From Geobacter metallireducens GS-15 (GTDB lineage Bacteria; Desulfobacterota; Desulfuromonadia; Geobacterales; Geobacteraceae), in NCBI RefSeq assembly GCF_000012925.1, contig NC_007517.1, positions 1,620,001-1,652,000 of the forward strand: 32,000 bases of DNA, written 5' to 3'. Of the stretch, positions 17,501-23,415 are shown piece by piece; the first letter of the stretch is position 1, and every line of letters starts with the position of its first letter. The position numbers were made by a program, and so were the translations under genes. The notes beneath the pieces were generated by a model. That model was not told the origin of the DNA and made no database searches. It was given only the letters and a program-made list of their open reading frames with translations.

Positions 17501-18442
17501 AACAAGGATGAAATCGTTTCAGATCCCCCCAAATATGCTGTCGGCAAGAAGTACTACGATCTTCTCTGGCAGTTGCGAGATGCCGGCCAGCAGGAGATTG
17601 TTGCCGCTGTCAGGGAGAAGGTCATTGTCCCGTTCACGGGTAACCGCTCCACAGGGGGCGGCGGCAATGTCGACATGGCGTTCTCAGAGATCAGTACGAG
17701 CGCTGGAGGAAATGTTTCGGCGTTTGCCGGCGGTGACTTGAACGTGGGGAGAACGGCAAAATCAAACAATTCCGACAATACCGGCATCTATACCTCCAAT
17801 GGGGGGAACGCGAACATTTTTGCAGTCGGTGATGTGAACGTGAATGAGTCACGCCTCATGACGTTCCGGGGAGGAGATATCACGGTCTGGTCCGATGAGG
17901 GAGACATCAACGCCGGCCGCGGCTCGCGGACCGCCATCAGCGCCAAGCCCCCGCGGATCTCTCCGATAAAAGATGCGGACGGAACTATCACCGGTTACCA
18001 GCTGGTGTTCACCCCACCTGCCCTGGGGAGCGGCATGCGTACCGTAACATACGGTGACGATGCGCCGCCTCCGGGAGGCATTTACGCCATGGCCCCCAAC
18101 GGTGTCTTCGATGCCGGCGAGGCCGGTGTTTCCGGTGGTCGTGTGGCCGTTCTTGCCAATGCCGTTCTGAACGCCGGAAACATCAAATCGCTGACCGGAG
18201 CAATGACAGGAGTTCCTGTCTCGGCCTCCGCCGTCAGCCTCGGCGGTCTGAGCGGCTCAAGCAGCCTCACCGAAAGTACCAAACAGGCGGAAAAAGCCGT
18301 TGGCGGCGCGGATAAGGAAAAATCGAGCCAGTCGCTGATCAAGAAGGATGAAACGTTCGTCACCTCATGGCTCGACGTGAAGGTAATTGGCTTCGATTCG
18401 GAAGATGGCAACGAAAAAGACAAGAAAAAGCAGGAGATGTGA
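8543..18442 (+). CDS. Giant TpsA exoprotein (filamentous-haemagglutinin-family), 3299 aa
   Basis: Signal peptide followed by a TPS secretion domain: NLLTVNQSADKAVIDWNSFNVGRDATVRFNQ, DANPSQIFG (NPNL-type box) and IYLINRNGILFG (NPNGI-type box). Thousands of residues rich in G, S, T, V, D and N follow, typical of a beta-helix. GGAGAAGG lies upstream of the ATG, and the gap to tpsB is 15 nt. I found no Cys on reading the full translation. Confidence 0.95.
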   Translation: MSRKHSIETRSIALFMATTTALSPVLASAQGVPRAASQTTGVPRAAAVQSSGIPRVLSNLIPPTATTLPQLKPGGVLANAAVDTTGNLLTVNQSADKAVIDWNSFNVGRDATVRFNQNKEWSALNRIWDANPSQIFGTVKADGKIYLINRNGILFGKDARVNVNSIVASSLHITRENFDKSLLKFSNQQGTPDAPDVAMQTYTAGAVANDGQITTEKQGAAILMGSQAENRGEVVSPEGQIGLAAGDEVELAPDESGKRRYLVKVTANPGVAVNRAEGTMTADSGVIGMYGRQVVQDGTARAVSAIKKNGVIELLATDSISLGKGSRTESPVSASSETAHESFEFKGGDIQLKGLMPVVDTAPDGPRVPVKRIDIEGTVSAPSGSVVLEADERVYLSNGARVDVSGTEVNLAADANRIEFTYTSEILKDEFTQKSGFLKGKTVSIDAHQGASIGDVSGELGKREKTALERGVTGGDIAISARSGDVIVRNGAELNFSGGKTNYAEGSYTTTRLTSQGKEYDIATAPRELVYDGQITKESFHAAHSEGADAGSLVMVAPRMAMDGSMKGSVTRGVFQTLQAEPVNGTGKQSAKGRKLPLAGTAEFGQKSTNQPPDAEDAVLGDTVIAANVALLPADFTDDSDLAAQRSATYLPAATINDSGIGTLRVSSNTTIKTDQGAVVQLQPGGELSLTARSIVHQGNIDVAGGTVNLVTQNNVTNYETLGGEANPKAAAVADEGITIASGSVISTAGDVLDNGPAVRVKTQGMEAVRTNGGTVKIFDRTAKGHGVDVATGSSVDVSGGHVIDTKGKVTGGDAGSVSIQGERVNLDGDIAGYSLVGKKGGGISVHAGEVVVAANPSAISNDGTKTVIADDRFAGSGFSSIEYKAERNLTVAEGANLAPSAVKEFTSTRGGSRVARSSVSDDLVGPSKVKLAAGANLDRNDPTAVPSVDDAKVVIAQNATIKTPYSGEISVSGPEVDVAGTLSAAAGKITLTAKSRSVILRPTARILAPAYLKADLKPLMPNLPLGHTAYDAGTVRVEGVSLNLMPGAIIDVSGSAPATSYARTGRGAVIARTVAGAPGEVQLVYSDPLQPENLVGADFRSAAFLPGLRGGSFSLLSQSIEQGLSLRGDELARLAAAGFDSFSFTSKKSLTFSDDVNLTAGRKILLDAPEMIGTDGRSVALRAPWLVLRNTLAGDDPSVRQAATGSGILTLSGDWLDVDGAVTLSRFDAVSADIRNDIRLFDRTYSLDGTNWKWHGSLVVPGNLSLKADRIYPAMHYLDPAYPSRGMVPSDFAVKAGRDITILPATVRSTLPVPSAGGALLFQAGGNIIQQGTLAAPAGTIRLEANPDTGRVYLGAGSVTTVKGEGMVPFGEVHELYWELVDKNNPKLLGNKITAAPDKEISATGNEVIVRDGAALDLSGGGTLYGYLFQPGLEGSSDPLGKAGRYVILPDNSVSLPGDRVYLEGSDLLAAGYYTLLPVQYAFLPGALVVTDTGKAMNPGERTKSWDNHTIVVGSVSRDATSLGTTKLTGFEVRQAADVLREGNFTVASLEAGDAGSLSLKGNSTVVDGNVSARPLAGYQGGTLELSGRNVNVQSTRVPLPAGFGAGNPLEALPDNLRDRLFVTADFLNGGFSRVTLGDTTKADTVTVESGSSIAAGGITLAAKNSVILGEDVNLSATKSAGDGVVAIVTPTGDAVLGAGSTVKGEAGVTLDARTLELQETDAKKQAGIDARGGTLTLASDTIRFTEGDAVPAEKGFHVTEKLWSAFGTADSGAGKAPEEIVIKGRSAVAFTGSRTLNAAGDMVIDTPRITASGGEGSAPTITASARNLTLRNTGSQSTDASLADTASLTMAADTITVDGARYDAAAKKVTGGDLRFDGMASVKFESKGDVTFRGKGSLATDGDLTLSAGRVATAYQRDGMTPYIPADFAVKGGGAVTVAKGERSVESPASPPPGGSLAIEGRSVSQSGTIDVAGGRLAITATGAGDTDGIRLENGAKILARGTADVAGGMVALKADAKDVRIESGALVDVSAGAQGDAGSVSLTAEKGQVVLDGIVKGAARGTGRGGSLAMDGSVADFGTVVDTATTGGFTEAVGARIRTGDVTVASGKTLTARSVQVSADSGDVTVNGTVDASHATGGGRVELFAGRNVTVASGGSVTAKGTGTGASGGDVTLGSAARSTTEIAAGTVPGKVIVASGATVDVSGNGGQGGTVLLRGQYDAAKRDVNIDVGGQVRGAREIVAAGVAVKEYTGDKQVMATDTTSWKTEADRVMANAAAIRTRLAGAMDNDAKSVFQYRPDVEVRSTGTMTMKNDLDLTTWRYNGQPGYLTLKAEKDLVLEKKIVDHPTASLRSLVSSTAAPSWGVRMAAGSDRAGANPLAVKRGTGDLKFTTDGSLVYSESGAVDFASGRDTVIAKGVKSIPSYMTNFNLKYNLAAYTGNIRGNVGRNLSLEGGTAIQSAAGNIGIDIAESLVNKGAIRTTGEYQGAILADGTQPGFFDYWNFGEGGNIAIRAGKTVEGTIAKDKSWDNSYQNTDLVTRDLIPRFWAANYTGSATTPQTEGIAAMGGGDVTVAAGGGMTGQMGTFGKGNLTLTSGGDLKGRFLVKEGTGSLTAAGNFGAPPANAAKLTDNPPETVLELFDGRFNVKAQGDVELGTVNNPTVSNKAFSKWNLSYGENAAVSLGSSTGNVSYYGTGAYTNYGNDSNRRNLEKILPGTVEMNAAGDIRLDSDMYLAPSRTGNLVMNAGGSVDGSPVDPRSGVKAKALMSDQSPDDYYGPSTVNTIDRVKTLSNAALHAAVPVHGNDSTKIQVAADGDIRNLDFILPKSAMLAAGRDISNVSFKGQNLRGRETDGNTGVVTYSGDVTEISAGRDIVMQERRSMNGADIKTGTGFDVAGPGAFVVRAGHDIDLGNSRGIQANGNAENPALPNKGADILVTAGLTANIPPGDEDNYFTLLKYAALLAQTKLTERSGILQEAEKAFLVDPYMNKDEIVSDPPKYAVGKKYYDLLWQLRDAGQQEIVAAVREKVIVPFTGNRSTGGGGNVDMAFSEISTSAGGNVSAFAGGDLNVGRTAKSNNSDNTGIYTSNGGNANIFAVGDVNVNESRLMTFRGGDITVWSDEGDINAGRGSRTAISAKPPRISPIKDADGTITGYQLVFTPPALGSGMRTVTYGDDAPPPGGIYAMAPNGVFDAGEAGVSGGRVAVLANAVLNAGNIKSLTGAMTGVPVSASAVSLGGLSGSSSLTESTKQAEKAVGGADKEKSSQSLIKKDETFVTSWLDVKVIGFDSEDGNEKDKKKQEM

Positions 18443-20253
18443 TGAGCACACCTGAACGGAGGAGCATGATGAACAGCAGGATGTTTGGGCGTTTTGCGCG
18501 GGTGACGCTGGCAGCGGCGGCGCTGGTGATGACGGTGGCCGCGGTGCGGGCCGAGGCGTGGTGGGACGAGAAATGGCAGCAGCGGCGCAAGATCACCATC
18601 AATACGACGGCCCAGGGAGCGGAAGTGAAGGAGGCGGTTGCCGATGCGGCGGTGCTGGTCCGGCTCCACACGGGGAACTTCAGCTTCACCACCGCGAAGC
18701 CCGACGGTTCCGACGTCCGCTTCGTGAGCGGCGACGACAAGACACCCCTCAAGTTCCACTTCGAGATGTACGACGCGAAGAAGGAGATCGCCCTTGCCTG
18801 GGTGAAGGTGCCCCAGGTGGCGCCCAACTCGGGCCAGAACACGATCTGGGTGTACTACGGCAACAGTGGGGTCCAGGCGGCCCAGGACGTCGGCGGCACC
18901 TACGATACCCCCCAGGCACTGGTCTACCATTTCAGCGAGACCCAAGGTGCGCCCCAGGATTCCTCTTCGTATAAGAATCACGCGAAGGAGTTTGCCGGCG
19001 GGCTCGGCGCGCCGGCCCTGATCGGCGGCGGCGCAACGTTCAAGGGGGCGGAGCGGATCGTGGTTCCGGCGTCGCCGTCGCTTTCGTTCCCCAAGGGCTT
19101 CTCCTTCTCTGTCTGGGTGAAGCCGGCCCAGCTTCAGGGTGAGGCCCATCTCTTCTCGTGGGGTGACGGCGCCCAGGGCATCGTAGTGGGCCTTGATCAA
19201 AATGGTGCTGCCTTCGCCCGGGTGGGGCAGGCCGCTACGGGCCGGACCCAGCCTCTGGCTTCCCAGAAATGGCACCACCTTGCCGTGGCTGCGGAGCCGG
19301 GCAAGCGTCTGGCGATCTACCTCGACGGCCGCGAGGCCGCATCGTCGGCCATGCCGGCCTCTATGCCCGCGCCGGCGGGCGATGCATCCATCGGCGGCGG
19401 CGCCCAGGGGGGTAACTTCTTTGCCGGCGAGATGGATGAGGTGACCCTGGCCAGTGTGGCCCGCTCGGCCTCGTGGTTTGCCGCCGCTGCCGGAAGCCAG
19501 GGGCAGGAGGGGAAACTGGTGTCGTTGGCCCAGGAAGAGGCAGGGGGCAAGGGAGAGGCCGATCTCACCATCCATCTGATGAAGGTCATTGCCAAGAGCA
19601 TCACCCTGGACGGCTGGGCCATCATTGGCCTCTGTACCTTCATGCTTTTCCTGGCCGCCGGGGTCTTTGTCTATAAATTTCTGGCCCTGCAGAAAATTGT
19701 CAAGGGGAATGAAATGTTCCTCGAGAGCTTTGGCGAGCTTCACGACCCCCTGGCCCTGGAGGACACGGACGATGATCTGAAGCATTCGTCCATGTACCGG
19801 ATCTACCAGGCCGGGAAGATCGAAATCGAGCGGTGGCTCGCCCGCCAGAGCGCGGATAAGGAGATAAGCAGCCTTTCTCCCTCTGCCCTCAATATCTTCC
19901 GGTCGTCCCTCGACAAGGCCAATGTCAAGGAAAAGCAGAACCTCTCCTCCTGGCTCATCGTCATGACGCTCGGCATCTCCGGCGGGCCGTTCTGGGGGCT
20001 GCTCGGCACGGTCTGGGGGGTCATGAACACCTTCGCCAGCCTTGCCGAATCGGGCGAGGCGAACCTCACGGCCATCGCCCCGGGGGTCGCCTCGGCCCTG
20101 GCCTGCACCCTCTTCGGCCTCTTCGTGGCCATTCCCGCGCTCTTTGCCTACAGCTACCTGACCAACCGGATGAAGAACCTGAACGCCGACACCCACGTCT
20201 TTATCGACGAATACGCGGTGAAGGTTGAGGGCGTCTACGGAGAGAGAGCATGA
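18442..20253 (+). CDS. MotA/TolQ/ExbB-family proton channel with an N-terminal periplasmic DUF2341 + LamG (concanavalin-like) extension, 603 aa
   Basis: Track ORF 18367..20253, trimmed to the ATG at 18442. That ATG overlaps the TpsA stop (TGATG) and has GGAG 5-6 nt upstream. Signal peptide FARVTLAAAALVMTVAAVRAEA.
- DUF2341-like: WWDEKWQQRRKITINT...DGSDVRFVSGDDKTPLKFHFEMYD...ALAWVKVPQV...IWVYYGN.
- LamG-like: FSFSVWVKP...WHHLAVAAEPGKRLAIYLDG...FAGEMDEVTLA.
- ExbB core: GGPFWGLLGTVWGVMNTF...IAPGVASALACTLFGLFVAIPALFAYSYL. Confidence 0.85.
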   Translation: MSTPERRSMMNSRMFGRFARVTLAAAALVMTVAAVRAEAWWDEKWQQRRKITINTTAQGAEVKEAVADAAVLVRLHTGNFSFTTAKPDGSDVRFVSGDDKTPLKFHFEMYDAKKEIALAWVKVPQVAPNSGQNTIWVYYGNSGVQAAQDVGGTYDTPQALVYHFSETQGAPQDSSSYKNHAKEFAGGLGAPALIGGGATFKGAERIVVPASPSLSFPKGFSFSVWVKPAQLQGEAHLFSWGDGAQGIVVGLDQNGAAFARVGQAATGRTQPLASQKWHHLAVAAEPGKRLAIYLDGREAASSAMPASMPAPAGDASIGGGAQGGNFFAGEMDEVTLASVARSASWFAAAAGSQGQEGKLVSLAQEEAGGKGEADLTIHLMKVIAKSITLDGWAIIGLCTFMLFLAAGVFVYKFLALQKIVKGNEMFLESFGELHDPLALEDTDDDLKHSSMYRIYQAGKIEIERWLARQSADKEISSLSPSALNIFRSSLDKANVKEKQNLSSWLIVMTLGISGGPFWGLLGTVWGVMNTFASLAESGEANLTAIAPGVASALACTLFGLFVAIPALFAYSYLTNRMKNLNADTHVFIDEYAVKVEGVYGERA

Positions 20254-20657
20254 AAGCGCCTGCCGATGACATGGATGAAACGGTCGAGATAAACGTCGTA
20301 CCGCTCCTGGACCTGGCCTGGAACCTCCTGGTGGTGTTCATGATCGTGGTGACGGCGTCGGTCCAGGGGATCAACGTGAACCTCCCCAAGGCGAGCGCGG
20401 CCGCCGGGAAGATCAAGCCGAGCACCAAGGCGATCACCGTCGCCTCCGAGGGGACCATCTACCTGGACAGCGTGCCGGTGACTTTGGCGGAGCTTGAAAC
20501 CTATTTGCGCCAGGCAAAGGCCAGCGATCCGAACCTGCCGGTGGTGGTGCGCGGCGACGAGAAGGTTGAGTACAAGAGCATCGTGGAGGTGCTCGATCTC
20601 CTCTCCAAGCTGGAAATCAGCCAGTTGGGGCTCGTGACCCAGAAACTGGTGAAGTAG
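20250..20657 (+). CDS. exbD: ExbD/TolR-family biopolymer transport protein (135 aa)
   Basis: ATGA overlap with the preceding gene. INVVPLLDLAWNLLVVFMIV forms the single TM segment. INVNLPKAS...TIYLDSVPVTLAELETYL...PVVVRGDEKVEYKSIVEVLDLL follows the ExbD pattern. Confidence 0.9.
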   Translation: MKAPADDMDETVEINVVPLLDLAWNLLVVFMIVVTASVQGINVNLPKASAAAGKIKPSTKAITVASEGTIYLDSVPVTLAELETYLRQAKASDPNLPVVVRGDEKVEYKSIVEVLDLLSKLEISQLGLVTQKLVK

Positions 20658-20670
20658 CGGAGGAAGACCA

Positions 20671-21399
20671 ATGGCAACGCACAAGAAGAAAAAGCCCCAG
20701 CTGAAGAATTTTTTCGTCCCGGCAGCGGTGGTGCTTGTCATCATCGGCGGCATCGGCTTCGTGGCCAAGGTGATGCTGACCGATACCGGCGCTCCCCGGA
20801 AGAACAAGATCACCACGGTATCACTCGTGAAGCCGCCCGAACAGCCCAAGGAGAAGCCCCCCGAGCCGGAGCCCCCCAAGGAGATGCCAAAACCGCAGCA
20901 GATTGAGACCCCCACCATGGCCCAGCCCGATTCTCCCCAGCAGGCGAGCCAGGCACCGGACGACGGTCCTGCGGCCGGAAGCGATCTGGGGGTCGACGGC
21001 GAGGGGGGGGCTGGCTCCGACGGTTTCGGCCTCGTGGGGAAGAAAGGCGGCCGCGCCATAACCCTCGGCGGCGGGGGAGGCGGCGGAGGCGGCATGAACC
21101 GGTTGTCGCTCCTTGCCAGGTACGGCTGGTACACGAAAAAGGTGCAGGACGAGATCCGGGGCAAGGTGAAGTCGCTTCTGAACGACAACGGCGGTTTTCC
21201 CAAGGGGAAACTCCAGGCCGTGGTCAAGCTGACGCTCGATGCGAGGGGGGTGGTGGTGGATCATCGCATTGTCGGATCATCGGGCGATACCCGCATGGAT
21301 GAGGCGGTGCGCAAGTCCCTCGGCTTGATCCGGATCAGCGAGGCCCCCCCTGCGGATATGCCCCGGACCATGACCATCAAGATATCGTCCCTGGGATAG
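20671..21399 (+). CDS. tonB: TonB-like energy-transducer protein (242 aa)
   Basis: N-terminal TM anchor FFVPAAVVLVIIGGIGFV. Pro/Glu/Lys-rich spacer PPEQPKEKPPEPEPPKEMPKPQQ. A run of nine Gly. The C-terminal domain KLQAVVKLTLDARGVVVDHRIVGSSGDTRMDEAVRKSL...PPADMP has TonB-C topology. GGAGGAAG lies upstream of the ATG. Confidence 0.75.
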   Translation: MATHKKKKPQLKNFFVPAAVVLVIIGGIGFVAKVMLTDTGAPRKNKITTVSLVKPPEQPKEKPPEPEPPKEMPKPQQIETPTMAQPDSPQQASQAPDDGPAAGSDLGVDGEGGAGSDGFGLVGKKGGRAITLGGGGGGGGGMNRLSLLARYGWYTKKVQDEIRGKVKSLLNDNGGFPKGKLQAVVKLTLDARGVVVDHRIVGSSGDTRMDEAVRKSLGLIRISEAPPADMPRTMTIKISSLG

Positions 21400-21444
21400 G
21401 GACAACTCACTTATTTCTATTGAACAATGAACGGAGGCTTTGTA

Positions 21445-23412
21445 ATGAAACGTACCATCACCCGCCTGACCAGCGCGGCAGCACTCGTCACCCTCATGGC
21501 CGCCGCGCCGGCCCTCGCGGTGGAGACGTCGCCCGTTGCCGCCAAAATGGCCGGGATCGGCGAGCTTATAAAGCTCCTCAGGGAGAAGGGGGTCATTTCG
21601 GAAGAGGAGGCCGGCACCCTTGAGCGGCGCATTGCCGGCGAGGAGAAAAAACAGCCCGTAACCCCGCCTGAACTAGCCGTAACGGCCGATGCCGGTGCGG
21701 CGGAACAGGTGAAGCTGACCTTCGGGGAAGCCTCCGACCTGATCGGCGCCATGAACGACCAGGGGATCATCAGCACCGAGGAAAGCCTGGCTCTCAAGGA
21801 ACGGCTCTATGAAATCCGGAAGGAGGCCAAGGGGAAGCTGGATTCCCCGGTGCCGGCAATGGAACGGAAAGAGACCGCTGATATCTTCGCGGGAACCGCC
21901 ATCGAGTACCGACGCTCCACCAAATCGGAGCAAGAGGTGGCGGAAATGGTCGCCGCAGCCCGCGGAATCGGCCTCGTGAGCAGGGAAGAGTCATCCAGCC
22001 TCATGGCCCGCTACCGGGCGAAGGCAGCCACCGACCAGCTTACCGGCGCCATGATCGACGAAGTCAACAGGGGAGTCGGCGAGAGCATTGACCGGAGGGT
22101 GACCGAGGAGATGACGAAAGTGGACAAGCTGGGCGACAAGTTCGCCAAGCTTCCCGAGTGGCTCAACCGCTTCAAGTTCTCGGGGGATATCCGGCTGCGG
22201 TATCAGGGGGATTATTTTGCCAAGGGGAATACAGGGGAAAACTCTTATCCAAGTCCACTGAAAGCAAATACTTTCTCGCCGCTCACACAGGGGAATACGA
22301 TAAATACAACACATGACCGTCAACGTCTTCGCATAAGGGCTCGGCTGGGGGTTAATGCAAAGGTCAATGATCAGGTTGATGCGGTCATAAAGCTGGCCAC
22401 CGGGAACGACAAGGACCCTGTTTCAACCAATGATACCCTTGGTAATAGCTTCAACAAGCACGGTTTTTTATTGGACTTGGCCTTCTTGCAATATAAGCCT
22501 GTATCCGGCCTTACCCTTTGGGGCGGACGAATGCCAAGCCCCTGGTTCTCCACCGATCTGGTCTGGGACCCCGACCTGAATTTTGAGGGGGTTGCTGCTA
22601 CGTATGCTATGCAGTTGAGCGATTCATTTGGTGGCTTCTTGACTGCGGGAGTGTTCCCTCTTCAGGAATTTGAGTATTCCCAGAGAGACTCATGGCTGTA
22701 CGGGGCGCAGGCGGGAGTGGAATTCAAACATGGAGACGACATATCCGCGAAAGTGGGAGTTGCCTATTACCACTATGAAAACATGAAAGGCAAACATAGC
22801 GAAAGTCTCAATCAAGCAATAAATGGTCCTTTTCATGCTGATCTTAGGCAGGCCCAGAAAGGTAATACGGTATTTGATCAAAATATGAATTTCCCGACTT
22901 ATTATGATGATAAAGGGAATCTTCAACTTACAAATTATGTTCCTGCTCTGGCCTCGAACTTTAAGGAACTCAACGTCACTGCCGCCGTCGATTTCGGCTT
23001 CTGGGACCCGATTCATTTCGTGTTCATGGGCGATTATGTGAAGAACCTCGGCTTTGACCTGGACGAGGCCCGGAAGCTGACCGGCGATAATCTGGTCAAG
23101 GACGATTCCACCGGATACCAGGTGGGACTTGCGGTGGGCCACCAGACTGTCACGAAACCGTGGGAGTGGAAGAGTTACCTCTTTTACAAGAAACTGGGCG
23201 CCGATGCGGTCTACGACGGGTTCACCGATTCTGACTTCCACTTGGGCGGCACCAACGCAAAAGGGTGGATTCTCGGCGGGGATGTGGGGATACTCAAGAA
23301 CTTCTGGCTCTCCACCAAGTGGCTGACCGCCAACCAGATAACCGATACTCGTGACAAGCCCGGCCCCTTTGATGTTGACGTCTTCCAGTTCAACCTCAAT
23401 GGCAAGTTCTAA
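21445..23412 (+). CDS. Outer-membrane beta-barrel (putative porin-like) protein with a helical N-terminal extension (655 aa)
   Basis: Track ORF 21427..23412, trimmed to the ATG at 21445 (GGAGG 7 nt upstream). Signal peptide MKRTITRLTSAAALVTLMAAAPALA. From FKFSGDIRLRYQGDYF onward the sequence shows alternating amphipathic strands, and the C-terminus is FQFNLNGKF (terminal Phe). No Cys. I did not recognise a plug domain. Confidence 0.7.
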   Translation: MKRTITRLTSAAALVTLMAAAPALAVETSPVAAKMAGIGELIKLLREKGVISEEEAGTLERRIAGEEKKQPVTPPELAVTADAGAAEQVKLTFGEASDLIGAMNDQGIISTEESLALKERLYEIRKEAKGKLDSPVPAMERKETADIFAGTAIEYRRSTKSEQEVAEMVAAARGIGLVSREESSSLMARYRAKAATDQLTGAMIDEVNRGVGESIDRRVTEEMTKVDKLGDKFAKLPEWLNRFKFSGDIRLRYQGDYFAKGNTGENSYPSPLKANTFSPLTQGNTINTTHDRQRLRIRARLGVNAKVNDQVDAVIKLATGNDKDPVSTNDTLGNSFNKHGFLLDLAFLQYKPVSGLTLWGGRMPSPWFSTDLVWDPDLNFEGVAATYAMQLSDSFGGFLTAGVFPLQEFEYSQRDSWLYGAQAGVEFKHGDDISAKVGVAYYHYENMKGKHSESLNQAINGPFHADLRQAQKGNTVFDQNMNFPTYYDDKGNLQLTNYVPALASNFKELNVTAAVDFGFWDPIHFVFMGDYVKNLGFDLDEARKLTGDNLVKDDSTGYQVGLAVGHQTVTKPWEWKSYLFYKKLGADAVYDGFTDSDFHLGGTNAKGWILGGDVGILKNFWLSTKWLTANQITDTRDKPGPFDVDVFQFNLNGKF

Positions 23413-23415
23413 CTC

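Noticed and set aside
8558-17991. Many long minus-strand ORFs inside tpsA (for example 9731..10900, 10922..11791, 12218..13072, 13982..14953, 14290..15420, 15629..17257)
   Set aside because: All lie antisense to a gene with unmistakable TPS-domain and beta-helix sequence. Their translations are Arg/Gly/Pro/His-rich with no domain signatures or export signals. This is the expected behaviour of stop-poor alternative frames in about 65% GC DNA.
17340-18442. CdiA-type C-terminal toxin plus immunity gene (contact-dependent inhibition)
   Set aside because: I found no VENN or similar pretoxin motif. There is no small downstream immunity ORF, and the next gene overlaps the stop codon and is an ExbB-type channel. 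The idea stays open only as something an HMM scan could revive.
18082-20196. 704-aa minus-strand ORF opposite the ExbB-like gene
   Set aside because: It is a shadow frame of a gene that has clear DUF2341, LamG and MotA/ExbB motifs. The translation is low-complexity and Arg/Gly/Pro-rich, and there is no plausible SD.
20235-21227. 330-aa minus-strand ORF opposite the exbD and tonB-like genes
   Set aside because: It is the antisense image of the Pro-rich TonB spacer (giving poly-Pro/Gly runs). The plus-strand genes have family motifs, SD sequences and ATGA coupling.
21445-23412. Classical TonB-dependent receptor next to the TonB-like gene
   Set aside because: I could not find a plug-domain pattern or a TonB-box-like N-terminal strand. 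The N-terminus consists of helical SHOCT-like repeats, and at 655 aa with a long extension the barrel looks porin-like. Called a putative porin-like OMP only.
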